Positions 38,207 through 52,326 of a DNA stretch of 64,000 bases are shown in pieces. The stretch is from Eledone cirrhosa. Lineage: Eukaryota. The first letter of the stretch is position 1, and each line of letters begins with the position of its first letter. The DNA lies in the NCBI GenBank assembly GCA_964016885.1, contig OZ024744.1, forward strand, positions 49,972,001-50,036,000, in the 5' to 3' direction. The notes below the pieces were generated by a model that saw nothing but the letters and a program-made list of their open reading frames with translations, had not been told where the DNA came from and made no database searches. A program made the position numbers and the translations under genes.

Positions 38207-41200
38207 TTGTCGTCGTTGATATTACTGTTATTGCTGTAGTTGTCGTTGTTGTTGTTGATATTACTGTTATTGCTGTATCTGTCGTTGTTGTTGTTGATAT
38301 TACTGTTATTGCTGTAGTTGTCGTTGTTGTTGTTGATATTACTGTTATTGCTGTATCTGTCGTTGTTGTTGTTGATATTACTGTTATTGCTGTATCTGTC
38401 GTAGTTGTTGTTGATATTACTGTTATTGCTGTATCTGTCGTTGTTGTTATTGATATTACTGTTATTGCTGTATTTGTCGTAGTTGTTGTTGATATTACTG
38501 TTATTGCTGTATTTGTCGTAGTTGTTGTTGATATTACTGTTATTGCTGTATTTGTCCTTGTTGTTGTTGATATTACTGTTATTGCTGTATTTGTAGTTGT
38601 TGTTGTTGATATTACTGTTATTGCTGTATTTGTCGTTGTTGTTGTTGACATTACTGTTATTGCTGTATCTGTAGTTGTTGTTGTTGATATTACTGTTATT
38701 GCTGTATCTGTCGTAGTTGTTGTTGATATTACTGTTATTGCTGTATTTGTCGTTGTTGTTGTTGATATTACTGTTATTGCTGTATCTGTCGTTGTTGTTG
38801 TTGATATTACTGTTATTGCTGTATTTGTCGTTGGTGTTGTTGATATTACTGTTATTGCTGTATCTGTCGTTGTTGTTGTTGATATTACTGTTATTGCTGT
38901 ATCTGTCGTTGTTGTTGTTGATATTACTGTTATTGCTGTATCTGTCGTAGTTGTTGTTGTTGATATTACTGTTATTGCTGTATCTGTCGTTGTTGTTGTT
39001 GATATTACTGTTATTGCTGTATCTGTCGTTGTTGTTGTTGATATTACTGTTATTGCTGTATTTGTCGTTGTTGTTGTTGATATTACTGTTATTGCTGTAT
39101 TTGTCGTAGTTGTTGTTGTTGATATTACTGTTATTGCTGTATTTGTCGTTGTTGTTGTTGATATTACTGTTATTGCTGTATCTGTCGTAGTTGTTGTTGT
39201 TGATATTACTGTTATTGCTGTATTTGTCGTTGTTGTTGTTGATATTACTGTTATTGCTGTATTTGTCGTTGGTGTTGTTGATATTACTGTTATTGCTGTA
39301 TTTGTCGTTGTTGTTGTTGATATTACTGTTATTGCTGTATTTGTCGTTGTTGTTGTTGATATTACTGTTATTGCTGTATTTGTCGTTGTTGTTGTTGATA
39401 TTACTGTTATTGCTGTATCTGTCGTAGTTGTTGTTGTTGATATTACTGTTATTGCTGTATTTGTCGTTGTTGTTGTTGATATTACTGTTATTGCTGTATT
39501 TGTCGTTGGTGTTGTTGATATTACTGTTATTGCTGTATCTGTCGTGGTTGTTGTTGATATTACTGTTATTGCTGTATTTGTCGTTGTTGTTGTTGACATT
39601 ACTGTTATTGCTGTATCTGTAGTTGTTGTTGTTGATATTACTGTTATTGCTGTATCTGTCGTAGTTGTTGTTGATATTACTGTTATTGCTGTATTTGTCG
39701 TTGTTGTTGTTGATATTACTGTTATTGCTGTATCTGTCGTGGTTGTTGTTGATATTACTGTTATTGCTGTATCTGTCGTAGTTGTTGTTGATATTACTGT
39801 TATTGCTGTATCTGTCGTTGTTGTTGTTGATATTACTGTTATTGCTGTATTTGTCGTTGTTGTTGTTGATATTACTGTTATTGCTGTATTCGTCGTTGTT
39901 GTTGTTGATATTACTGTTATTGCTGTATCTGTCGTATTTGTTGTTGTTGATATTACTGTTATTGCTGTATCTGTCGTTGTTGTTGTTGATATTACTGTTA
40001 TTGCTGTATTTGTCGTTGTTGTTGTTGATATTACTGTTATTGCTGTATTTGTCGTTGTTGTTGTTGATATTACTGTTATTGCTGTATCTGTCGTAGTTGT
40101 TGTTGATATTACTGTTATTGCTGTATTTGTCGTTGTTGTTGTTGATATTACTGTTATTGCTGTATCTGTCGTGGTTGTTGTTGATATTACTGTTATTGCT
40201 GTATCTGTCGTAGTTGTTGTTGATATTACTGTTATTGCTGTATTTGTCGTTGTTGTTGTTGATATTACTGTTATTGCTGTATTCGTCGTTGTTGTTGTTG
40301 ATATTACTGTTATTGCTGTATCTGTCGTATTTGTTGTTGTTGATATTACTGTTATTGCTGTATCTGTCGTTGTTGTTGTTGATATTACTGTTATTGCTGT
40401 ATTTGTCGTTGTTGTTGTTGATATTACTGTTATTGCTGTATTTGTCGTTGTTGTTGTTGATATTACTGTTATTGCTGTATCTGTCGTAGTTGTTGTTGAT
40501 ATTACTGTTATTGCTGTATTTGTCGTAGTTGTTGTTGATATTACTGTTATTGCTGTATTTGTCGTTGTTGTTGTTGATATTACTGTTATTGCTGTATTTG
40601 TAGTTGTTGTTGTTGATATTACTGTTATTGCTGTATTTGTCGTTGTTGTTGTTGACATTACTGTTATTGCTGTATCTGTAGTTGTTGTTGTTGATATTAC
40701 TGTTATTGCTGTATCTGTCGTAGTTGTTGTTGATATTACTGTTATTGCTGTATTTGTCGTTGTTGTTGTTGATATTACTGTTATTGCTGTATCTGTCGTT
40801 GTTGTTGTTGATATTACTGTTATTGCTGTATCTGTCGTAGTTGTTGTTGATATTACTGTTATTGCTGTATTTGTCGTTGTTGTTGTTGATATTACTGTTA
40901 TTGCTGTATCTGTCGTTGTTGTTGTTGATATTACTGTTATTGCTGTATTTGTCGTTGGTGTTGTTGATATTACAGTTATTGCTGTATCTGTCGTTGTTGT
41001 TGTTGATATTACTGTTATTGCTGTATCTGTCGTTGTTGTTGTTGATATTACTGTTATTGCTGTATCTGTCGTAGTTGTTGTTGTTGATATTACTGTTATT
41101 GCTGTATCTGTCGTTGTTGTTGTTGATATTACTGTTATTGCTGTATTTGTCGTTGTTGTTGTTGATATTACTGTTATTGCTGTATCTGTCGTTGTTGTTG

Positions 41201-44200
41201 TTGATATTACTGTTATTGCTGTATCTGTCGTAGTTGTTGTTGTTGATATTACTGTTATTGCTGTATCTGTCGTTGTTGTTGTTGATATTACTGTTATTGC
41301 TGTATTTGTCGTTGGTGTTGTTGATATTACTGTTATTGCTGTATTTGTCGTTGGTGTTGTTGATATTACTGTTATTGCTGTATCTGTCGTGGTTGTTGTT
41401 GATATTACTGTTATTGCTGTATCTGTCGTTGTTGTTGTTGATATTACTGTTATTGCTGTATCTGTCGTAGTTGTTGTTGTTGATATTACTGTTATTGCTG
41501 TATCTGTCGTTGTTGTTGTTGATATTACTGTTATTGCTGTATTTGACGTAGTTGTTGTTGATATTACTGTTATTGCTGTATTTGTCGTTGTTGTTGTTGA
41601 TATTACTGTTATTGCTGTATTTGTAGTTGTTGTTGATATTACTGTTATTGCTGTATTTGTAGTTGTTGTTGTTGACATTACTGTTATTGCTGTATCTGTA
41701 GTTGTTGTTGTTGATATTACTGTTATTGCTGTATCTGTCGTAGTTGTTGTTGATATTACTGTTATTGCTGTATTTGTCGTTGTTGTTGTTGATATTACTG
41801 TTATTGCTGTATCTGTCGTTGTTGTTGTTGATATTACTGTTATTGCTGTATTTGTCGTTGTTGTTGTTGATATTACTGTTATTGCTGTATCTGTCGTTGT
41901 TGTTGTTGATATTACTGTTATTGCTGTATCTGTCGTAGTTGTTGTTGATATTACTGTTATTGCTGTATTTGTAGTTGTTGTTGATATTACTGTTATTGCT
42001 GTATTTGTCGTTGTTGTTGTTGATATTACTGTTATTGCTGTATTTGTCGTTGGTGTTGTTGATATTACTGTTATTGCTGTATTTGTAGTTGTTGTTGTTG
42101 ATATTACTGTTATTGCTGTATCTGTCGTAGTTGTTGTTGATATTTGTGTTATTGCTGTATTTGTCGTTGTTGTTGTTGATATTACTGTTATTGCTGTATC
42201 TGTCGTTGTTGTTGTTGATATTACTGTTATTGCTGTATTTGTCGTTGTTGTTGTTGATATTGCTGTTATTGCTGTATCTGTCGTTGTTGTTGTTGATATT
42301 ACTGTTATTGCTGTATTTGTCGTTGGTGTTGTTGATATTACTGTTATTGCTGTATCTGTCGTTGTTGTTGTTGATATTACTGTTATTGCTGTATTTGTCG
42401 TTGGTGTTGTTGATATTACTGTTATTGCTGTATCTGTCGTTGTTGTTGTTGATATTACTGTTATTGCTGTATCTGTCGTTGTTGTTGTTGATATTACTGT
42501 TATTGCTGTATCTGTCGTAGTTGTTGTTGTTGATATTACTGTTATTGCTGTATCTGTCGTTGTTGTTGTTGATATTACTGTTATTGCTGTATCTGTCGTT
42601 GTTGTTGTTGATATTACTGTTATTGCTGTATCTGTCGTTGTTGTTGTTGATATTACTGTTATTGCTGTATCTGTCGTTGTTGTTGTTGATATTACTGTTA
42701 TTGCTGTATTTGTCGTTGGTGTTGTTGATATTACTGTTATTGCTGTATCTGTCGTTGTTGTTGTTGATATTACTGTTATTGCTGTATCTGTCGTTGTTGT
42801 TGTTGATATTACTGTTATTGCTGTATTTGTCATTGTTGTTGTTGATATTACTGTTATTGCTGTATCTGTCGTTGTTGTTGTTGATATTACTGTTATTGCT
42901 GTATTTGTCGTTGGTGTTGTTGATATTACTGTTATTGCTGTATCTGTCGTTGTTGTTGTTGATATTACTGTTATTGCTGTATTTGTCGTTGGTGTTGTTG
43001 ATATTACTGTTATTGCTGTATCTGTCGTTGTTGTTGTTGATATTACTGTTATTGCTGTATCTGTCGTTGTTGTTGTTGATATTACTGTTATTGCTGTATC
43101 TGTCGTAGTTGTTGTTGTTGATATTACTGTTATTGCTGTATCTGTCGTTGTTGTTGTTGATATTACTGTTATTGCTGTATCTGTCGTTGTTGTTGTTGAT
43201 ATTACTGTTATTGCTGTATCTGTCGTAGTTGTTGTTGTTGATATTACTGTTATTGCTGTATCTGTCGTTGTTGTTGTTGATATTACTGTTATTGCTGTAT
43301 CTGTCGTTGTTGTTGTTGTTGATATTACTGTTATTGCTGTATCTGTCGTTGTTGTTGTTGATATTACTGTTATTGCTGTATCTGTCGTTGTTGTTGTTGA
43401 TATTACTGTTATTGCTGTATCTGTCGTAGTTGTTGTTGTTGATATTACTGTTATTGCTGTATCTGTCGTTGTTGTTGTTGATATTACTGTTATTGCTGTA
43501 TCTGTCGTTGTTGTTGTTGATATTACTGTTATTGCTGTATCTGTCGTAGTTGTTGTTGTTGATATTACTGTTATTGCTGTATCTGTCGTTGTTGTTGTTG
43601 ATATTACTGTTATTGCTGTATCTGTCGTTGTTGTTGTTGATATTACTGTTATTGCTGTATCTGTCGTAGTTGTTGTTGTTGATATTACTGTTATTGCTGT
43701 ATCTGTCGTGGTTTTTGTTGATATTACTGTTATTGCTGTATCTGTCGTTGTTGTTGTTGATATTACTGTTATTGCTGTATCTGTCGTAGTTGTTGTTGTT
43801 GATATTACTGTTATTGCTGTATCTGTCGTTGTTGTTGTTGATATTACTGTTATTGCTGTATTTGACGTAGTTGTTGTTGATATTACTGTTATTGCTGTAT
43901 TTGTCGTTGTTGTTGTTGATATTACTGTTATTGCTGTATTTGTAGTTGTTGTTGATATTACTGTTATTGCTGTATTTGTCGTTGTTGTTGTTGACATTAC
44001 TGTTATTGCTGTATTTGTCGTTGTTGTTGTTGATATTACTGTTATTGCTGTATCTGTCGTTGTTGTTGTTGATATTACTGTTATTGCTGTATCTGTCGTA
44101 GTTGTTGTTGTTGATATTACTGTTATTGCTGTATTTGTCGTTGTTGTTGTTGATATTACTGTTATTGCTGTATTTGTAGTTGTTGTTGATATTACTGTTA

Positions 44201-47200
44201 TTGCTGTATTTGTCGTTGTTGTTGTTGATATTACTGTTATTGCTGTATCTGTAGTTGTTGTTGTTGATATTACTGTTATTGCTGTATCTGTCGTAGTTGT
44301 TGTTGATATTACTGTTATTGCTGTATTTGTCGTTGTTGTTGTTGATATTACTGTTATTGCTGTATCTGTCGTTGTTGTTGTTGATATTACTGTTATTGCT
44401 GTATTTGTCGTTGTTGTTGTTGATATTACTGTTATTGCTGTATCTGTCGTTGTTGTTGTTGATATTACTGTTATTGCTGTATCTGTCGTTGTTGTTGTTG
44501 ATATTACTGTTATTGCTGTATCTGTCGTAGTTGTTGTTGTTGATATTACTGTTATTGCTGTATCTGTCGTTGTTGTTGTTGATATTACTGTTATTGCTGT
44601 ATCTGTCGTTGTTGTTGTTGATATTACTGTTATTGCTGTATCTGTCGTTGTTGTTGTTGATATTACTGTTATTGCTGTATCTGTCGTAGTTGTTGTTGTT
44701 GATATTACTGTTATTGCTGTATTTGTCGTTGTTGTTGTTGATATTACTGTTATTGCTGTATTTGTCGTTGTTGTTGTTGATATTACTGTTATTGCTGTAT
44801 CTGTCGTAGTTGTTGTTGATATTACTGTTATTGCTGTATTTGTCGTAGTTGTTGTTGATATTACTGTTATTGCTGTATTTGTCGTCGATGTTGTTGATAT
44901 TACTGTTATTGCTGTATTTGTAGTTGTTGTTGTTGATATTACTGTTTATTGCTGTATTTGTCGTTGTTGTTGTTGACATTGCTGTTATTGCTGTATCTGT
45001 AGTTGTTGTTGTTGATATTACTGTTATTGCTGTATCTGTCGTAGTTGTTGTTGATATTACTGTTATTGCTGTATTTGTCGTTGTTGTTGTTGATATTACT
45101 GTTATTGCTGTATCTGTCGTTGTTGTTGTTGATATTACTGTTATTGCTGTATTTGTCGTTGTTGTTGTTGATATTACTGTTATTGCTGTATCAGTCGTTG
45201 TTGTTGTTGATATTACTGTTATTGCTGTATCTGTCGTAGTTGTTGTTGATATTACTGTTATTGCTGTATTTGTCGTTGTTGTTGTTGATATTGCTGTTAT
45301 TGCTGTATCTGTCGTTGTTGTTGTTGATATTACTGTTATTGCTGTATTTGTCGTAGTTGTTGTTGATATTACTGTTATTGCTGTATTTGTCGTAGTTGTT
45401 GTTGATATTACTGTTATTGCTGTATTTGTCGTTGTTGTCGTTGATATTACTGTTATTGCTGTATTTGTCGTTGTTGTTGTTGATATTACTGTTATTGCTG
45501 TATTTGTCGTTGTTGTTGTTGATATTACTGTTATTGCTGTATCTGTCGTTGTTGTTGTTGATATTACTGTTATTGCTGTATTTGTCGTAGTTGTTGTTGA
45601 TATTACTGTTATTGCTGTATTTGTCGTTGTTGTTGTTGATATTACTGTTATTGCTGTATTTGTCGTAGTTGTTGTTGATATTACTGTTATTGCTGTATTT
45701 GTCGTTGTTGTTGTTGATATTACTTTTATTGCTGTATCTGTCGTTGTTGTTGTTGATATTACTGTTATTGCTGTATCTGTAGTTGTTGTTGTTGATATTA
45801 CTGTTATTGCTGTATCTGTCGTTGTTGTTGTTGATATTACTGTTATTGCTGTATCTGTCCTTGTTGTTGTTGATATTACTGTTATTGCTGTATTTGTCGT
45901 AGTTGTTGTTGATATTACTGTTATTGCTGTATCTGTCGTTGTTGTTGTTGATATTACTGTTATTGCTGTATTTGTCGTTGTTGTTGTTGATATTACTGTT
46001 ATTGCTGTATTTGTCGTAGTTGTTGTTGATATTACTGTTATTGCTGTATTTGTCGTAGTTGTTGTTGATATTACTGTTATTGCTGTATTTGTCGTAGTTG
46101 TTGTTGATATTACTGTTATTGCTGTATTTGTCGTAGTTGTTGTTGATATTACTGTTATTGCTGTATTTGTCGTAGTTGTTGTTGATATTACTGTTATTGC
46201 TGTATCTGTCGTTGTTGTTGTTGATATTACTGTTATTGCTGTATCTGTCGTTGTTGTTGTTGATATTACTGTTATTGCTGTATTTGTCGTAGTTGTTGTT
46301 GATATTACTGTTATTGCTGTATCTGTCGTTGTTGTTGTTGATATTACTGTTATTGCTGTATTTGTCGTTGTTGTTGTTGATATTACTGTTATTGCTGTAT
46401 TTGTCGTAGTTGTTGTTGATATTACTGTTATTGCTGTATTTGTCGTAGTTGTTGTTGATATTACTGTTATTGCTGTATTTGTCGTAGTTGTTGTTGATAT
46501 TACTGTTATTGCTGTATTTGTCGTTGTTGTTGTTGATATTACTGTTATTGCTGTATTTGTCGTAGTTGTTGTTGATATTACTGTTATTGCTGTATTTGTC
46601 GTAGTTGTTGTTGATATTACTGTTATTGCTGTATTTGTCGTAGTTGTTGTTGATATTACTGTTATTGCTGTATTTGTCGTTGTTGTTGTTGATATTACTG
46701 TTATTGCTGTATCTGTCGTTGTTGTTGTTGATATTACTGTTATTGCTGTATCTGTCGTAGTTGTTGTTGTTGATATTACTGTTATTGCTGTATCTGTCGT
46801 TGTTGTTGTTGATATTACTGTTATTGCTGTATTTGTCGTAGTTGTTGTTGATATTACTGTTATTGCTGTATTTGTCGTAGTTGCTGTTGATATTACTGTT
46901 ATTGCTGTATTTGTCGTTGTTGTTGTTGATATTACTGTTATTGCTGTATTTGTCGTTGTTGTTGTTGATATTACTGTTATTGCTGTATCTGTCGTTGTTG
47001 TTGTTGATATTACTGTTATTGCTGTATCTGTCGTTGTTGTTGTTGATATTACTGTTATTGCTGTATCTGTCGTTGTTGTTGTTGATATTACTGTTATTGC
47101 TGTATTTGTCGTTGTTGTTGTTGATATTACTGTTATTGATGTATTTGTCGTAGTTGTTGTTGATATTACTGTTATTGCTGTATCTGTCGTTGTTGTTGTT

Positions 47201-50200
47201 GATATTACTGTTATTGCTGTATTTGTCGTTGTTGTTGTTGATATTACTGTTATTGCTGTATGTGTCGTCGTTGTTGTTGATATTACTGTTATTGCTGTAT
47301 TTGTCATTGTGGTTGTTGATATTACTGTTATTGCTGTATTTGTCGTTGTTGTTGTTGATATTACTGTTATTGCTGTATCTGTCGTAGTTGTTGTTGATAT
47401 TACTGTTATTGCTGTATTTGTCGTAGTTGTTGTTGATATTACTGTTATTGCTGTATTTGTCGTAGTTGTTGTTGATATTACTGTTATTGCTGTATTTGTC
47501 GTTGTTGTCGTTGATATTACTGTTATTGCTGCATTTGTCGTTGTTGTTGTTGATATTACTGTTATTGCTGTATTTGTCGTTGTTGTTGTTGATATTACTG
47601 TTATTGCTGTATCTGTCGTTGTTGTTGTTGATATTACTGTTATTGCTGTATTTGTCGTTGTTGTTGTTGATATTACTGTTATTGCTGTATTCGTCGTTGT
47701 TGTTGTTGATATTACTGTTATTGCTGTATCTGTCGTATTTGTTGTTGTTGATATTACTGTTATTGCTGTATCTGTCGTTGTTGTTGTTGATATTACTGTT
47801 ATTGCTGTATTTGTCGTTGTTGTTGTTGATATTACTGTTATTGCTGTATTTGTCGTTGTTGTTGTTGATATTACTGTTATTGCTGTATCTGTCGTAGTTG
47901 TTGTTGATATTACTGTTATTGCTGTATTTGTCGTAGTTGTTGTTGATATTACTGTTATTGCTGTATTTGTCGTTGTTGTTGTTGATATTACTGTTATTGC
48001 TGTATTTGTAGTTGTTGTTGTTGATATTACTGTTATTGCTGTATTTGTCGTTGTTGTTGTTGACATTACTGTTATTGCTGTATCTGTAGTTGTTGTTGTT
48101 GATATTACTGTTATTGCTGTATCTGTCGTAGTTGTTGTTGATATTACTGTTATTGCTGTATTTGTCGTTGTTGTTGTTGATATTACTGTTATTGCTGTAT
48201 CTGTCGTTGTTGTTGTTGATATTACTGTTATTGCTGTATCTGTCGTAGTTGTTGTTGATATTACTGTTATTGCTGTATTTGTCGTTGTTGTTGTTGATAT
48301 TACTGTTATTGCTGTATCTGTCGTTGTTGTTGTTGATATTACTGTTATTGCTGTATTTGTCGTTGGTGTTGTTGATATTACAGTTATTGCTGTATCTGTC
48401 GTTGTTGTTGTTGATATTACTGTTATTGCTGTATCTGTCGTTGTTGTTGTTGATATTACTGTTATTGCTGTATCTGTCGTAGTTGTTGTTGTTGATATTA
48501 CTGTTATTGCTGTATCTGTCGTTGTTGTTGTTGATATTACTGTTATTGCTGTATTTGTCGTTGTTGTTGTTGATATTACTGTTATTGCTGTATCTGTCGT
48601 TGTTGTTGTTGATATTACTGTTATTGCTGTATCTGTCGTAGTTGTTGTTGTTGATATTACTGTTATTGCTGTATCTGTCGTTGTTGTTGTTGATATTACT
48701 GTTATTGCTGTATTTGTCGTTGGTGTTGTTGATATTACTGTTATTGCTGTATTTGTCGTTGGTGTTGTTGATATTACTGTTATTGCTGTATCTGTCGTGG
48801 TTGTTGTTGATATTACTGTTATTGCTGTATCTGTCGTTGTTGTTGTTGATATTACTGTTATTGCTGTATCTGTCGTAGTTGTTGTTGTTGATATTACTGT
48901 TATTGCTGTATCTGTCGTTGTTGTTGTTGATATTACTGTTATTGCTGTATTTGACGTAGTTGTTGTTGATATTACTGTTATTGCTGTATTTGTCGTTGTT
49001 GTTGTTGATATTACTGTTATTGCTGTATTTGTAGTTGTTGTTGATATTACTGTTATTGCTGTATTTGTAGTTGTTGTTGTTGACATTACTGTTATTGCTG
49101 TATCTGTAGTTGTTGTTGTTGATATTACTGTTATTGCTGTATCTGTCGTAGTTGTTGTTGATATTACTGTTATTGCTGTATTTGTCGTTGTTGTTGTTGA
49201 TATTACTGTTATTGCTGTATCTGTCGTTGTTGTTGTTGATATTACTGTTATTGCTGTATTTGTCGTTGTTGTTGTTGATATTACTGTTATTGCTGTATCT
49301 GTCGTTGTTGTTGTTGATATTACTGTTATTGCTGTATCTGTCGTAGTTGTTGTTGATATTACTGTTATTGCTGTATTTGTAGTTGTTGTTGATATTACTG
49401 TTATTGCTGTATTTGTCGTTGTTGTTGTTGATATTACTGTTATTGCTGTATTTGTCGTTGGTGTTGTTGATATTACTGTTATTGCTGTATTTGTAGTTGT
49501 TGTTGTTGATATTACTGTTATTGCTGTATCTGTCGTAGTTGTTGTTGATATTTGTGTTATTGCTGTATTTGTCGTTGTTGTTGTTGATATTACTGTTATT
49601 GCTGTATCTGTCGTTGTTGTTGTTGATATTACTGTTATTGCTGTATTTGTCGTTGTTGTTGTTGATATTGCTGTTATTGCTGTATCTGTCGTTGTTGTTG
49701 TTGATATTACTGTTATTGCTGTATTTGTCGTTGGTGTTGTTGATATTACTGTTATTGCTGTATCTGTCGTTGTTGTTGTTGATATTACTGTTATTGCTGT
49801 ATTTGTCGTTGGTGTTGTTGATATTACTGTTATTGCTGTATCTGTCGTTGTTGTTGTTGATATTACTGTTATTGCTGTATCTGTCGTTGTTGTTGTTGAT
49901 ATTACTGTTATTGCTGTATCTGTCGTAGTTGTTGTTGTTGATATTACTGTTATTGCTGTATCTGTCGTTGTTGTTGTTGATATTACTGTTATTGCTGTAT
50001 CTGTCGTTGTTGTTGTTGATATTACTGTTATTGCTGTATCTGTCGTTGTTGTTGTTGATATTACTGTTATTGCTGTATCTGTCGTTGTTGTTGTTGATAT
50101 TACTGTTATTGCTGTATTTGTCGTTGGTGTTGTTGATATTACTGTTATTGCTGTATCTGTCGTTGTTGTTGTTGATATTACTGTTATTGCTGTATCTGTC

Positions 50201-52126
50201 GTTGTTGTTGTTGATATTACTGTTATTGCTGTATTTGTCGTTGTTGTTGTTGATATTACTGTTATTGCTGTATCTGTCGTTGTTGTTGTTGATATTACTG
50301 TTATTGCTGTATTTGTCGTTGGTGTTGTTGATATTACTGTTATTGCTGTATCTGTCGTTGTTGTTGTTGATATTACTGTTATTGCTGTATTTGTCGTTGG
50401 TGTTGTTGATATTACTGTTATTGCTGTATCTGTCGTTGTTGTTGTTGATATTACTGTTATTGCTGTATCTGTCGTTGTTGTTGTTGATATTACTGTTATT
50501 GCTGTATCTGTCGTAGTTGTTGTTGTTGATATTACTGTTATTGCTGTATCTGTCGTTGTTGTTGTTGATATTACTGTTATTGCTGTATCTGTCGTTGTTG
50601 TTGTTGATATTACTGTTATTGCTGTATCTGTCGTAGTTGTTGTTGTTGATATTACTGTTATTGCTGTATCTGTCGTTGTTGTTGTTGATATTACTGTTAT
50701 TGCTGTATCTGTCGTTGTTGTTGTTGTTGATATTACTGTTATTGCTGTATCTGTCGTTGTTGTTGTTGATATTACTGTTATTGCTGTATCTGTCGTTGTT
50801 GTTGTTGATATTACTGTTATTGCTGTATCTGTCGTAGTTGTTGTTGTTGATATTACTGTTATTGCTGTATCTGTCGTTGTTGTTGTTGATATTACTGTTA
50901 TTGCTGTATCTGTCGTTGTTGTTGTTGATATTACTGTTATTGCTGTATCTGTCGTAGTTGTTGTTGTTGATATTACTGTTATTGCTGTATCTGTCGTTGT
51001 TGTTGTTGATATTACTGTTATTGCTGTATCTGTCGTTGTTGTTGTTGATATTACTGTTATTGCTGTATCTGTCGTAGTTTGTTGTTGTTGATATTACTGT
51101 TATTGCTGTATCTGTCGTGGTTTTTGTTGATATTACTGTTATTGCTGTATCTGTCGTTGTTGTTGTTGATATTACTGTTATTGCTGTATCTGTCGTAGTT
51201 GTTGTTGTTGATATTACTGTTATTGCTGTATCTGTCGTTGTTGTTGTTGATATTACTGTTATTGCTGTATTTGACGTAGTTGTTGTTGATATTACTGTTA
51301 TTGCTGTATTTGTCGTTGTTGTTGTTGATATTACTGTTATTGCTGTATTTGTAGTTGTTGTTGATATTACTGTTATTGCTGTATTTGTCGTTGTTGTTGT
51401 TGACATTACTGTTATTGCTGTATTTGTCGTTGTTGTTGTTGATATTACTGTTATTGCTGTATCTGTCGTTGTTGTTGTTGATATTACTGTTATTGCTGTA
51501 TCTGTCGTAGTTGTTGTTGTTGATATTACTGTTATTGCTGTATTTGTCGTTGTTGTTGTTGATATTACTGTTATTGCTGTATTTGTAGTTGTTGTTGATA
51601 TTACTGTTATTGCTGTATTTGTCGTTGTTGTTGTTGATATTACTGTTATTGCTGTATCTGTAGTTGTTGTTGTTGATATTACTGTTATTGCTGTATCTGT
51701 CGTAGTTGTTGTTGATATTACTGTTATTGCTGTATTTGTCGTTGTTGTTGTTGATATTACTGTTATTGCTGTATCTGTCGTTGTTGTTGTTGATATTACT
51801 GTTATTGCTGTATTTGTCGTTGTTGTTGTTGATATTACTGTTATTGCTGTATCTGTCGTTGTTGTTGTTGATATTACTGTTATTGCTGTATCTGTCGTTG
51901 TTGTTGTTGATATTACTGTTATTGCTGTATCTGTCGTAGTTGTTGTTGTTGATATTACTGTTATTGCTGTATCTGTCGTTGTTGTTGTTGATATTACTGT
52001 TATTGCTGTATCTGTCGTTGTTGTTGTTGATATTACTGTTATTGCTGTATCTGTCGTTGTTGTTGTTGATATTACTGTTATTGCTGTATCTGTCGTAGTT
52101 GTTGTTGTTGATATTACTGTTATTGC
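38207..52126. repeat. 39-bp tandem array (~355 units, 36/42-bp variants); possible Thr-rich mucin-like coding repeat on minus
   Basis: Unit gatattactgttattgctgtat(c/t)tgtcgttgttgttgtt. The minus frame reads TTTTT(D/N)TAITVIS, and the array runs into the gap. Confidence 0.95.
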
Positions 52127-52326
52127 NNNNNNNNNNNNNNNNNNNNNNNNNNNNNNNNNNNNNNNNNNNNNNNNNNNNNNNNNNNNNNNNNNNNNNNNNN
52201 NNNNNNNNNNNNNNNNNNNNNNNNNNNNNNNNNNNNNNNNNNNNNNNNNNNNNNNNNNNNNNNNNNNNNNNNNNNNNNNNNNNNNNNNNNNNNNNNNNNN
52301 NNNNNNNNNNNNNNNNNNNNNNNNNN
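52127..52326. other. Assembly gap (200 N)
   Basis: Run of N. Confidence 1.

Noticed and set aside
38207-52126. CRISPR array, or Val-rich, Leu-rich or Asn-rich proteins
   Set aside because: There are no unique spacers or cas genes and the context is eukaryotic. The alternative frames are by-products of a 39-bp unit, and the Leu and Asn frames contain stops.
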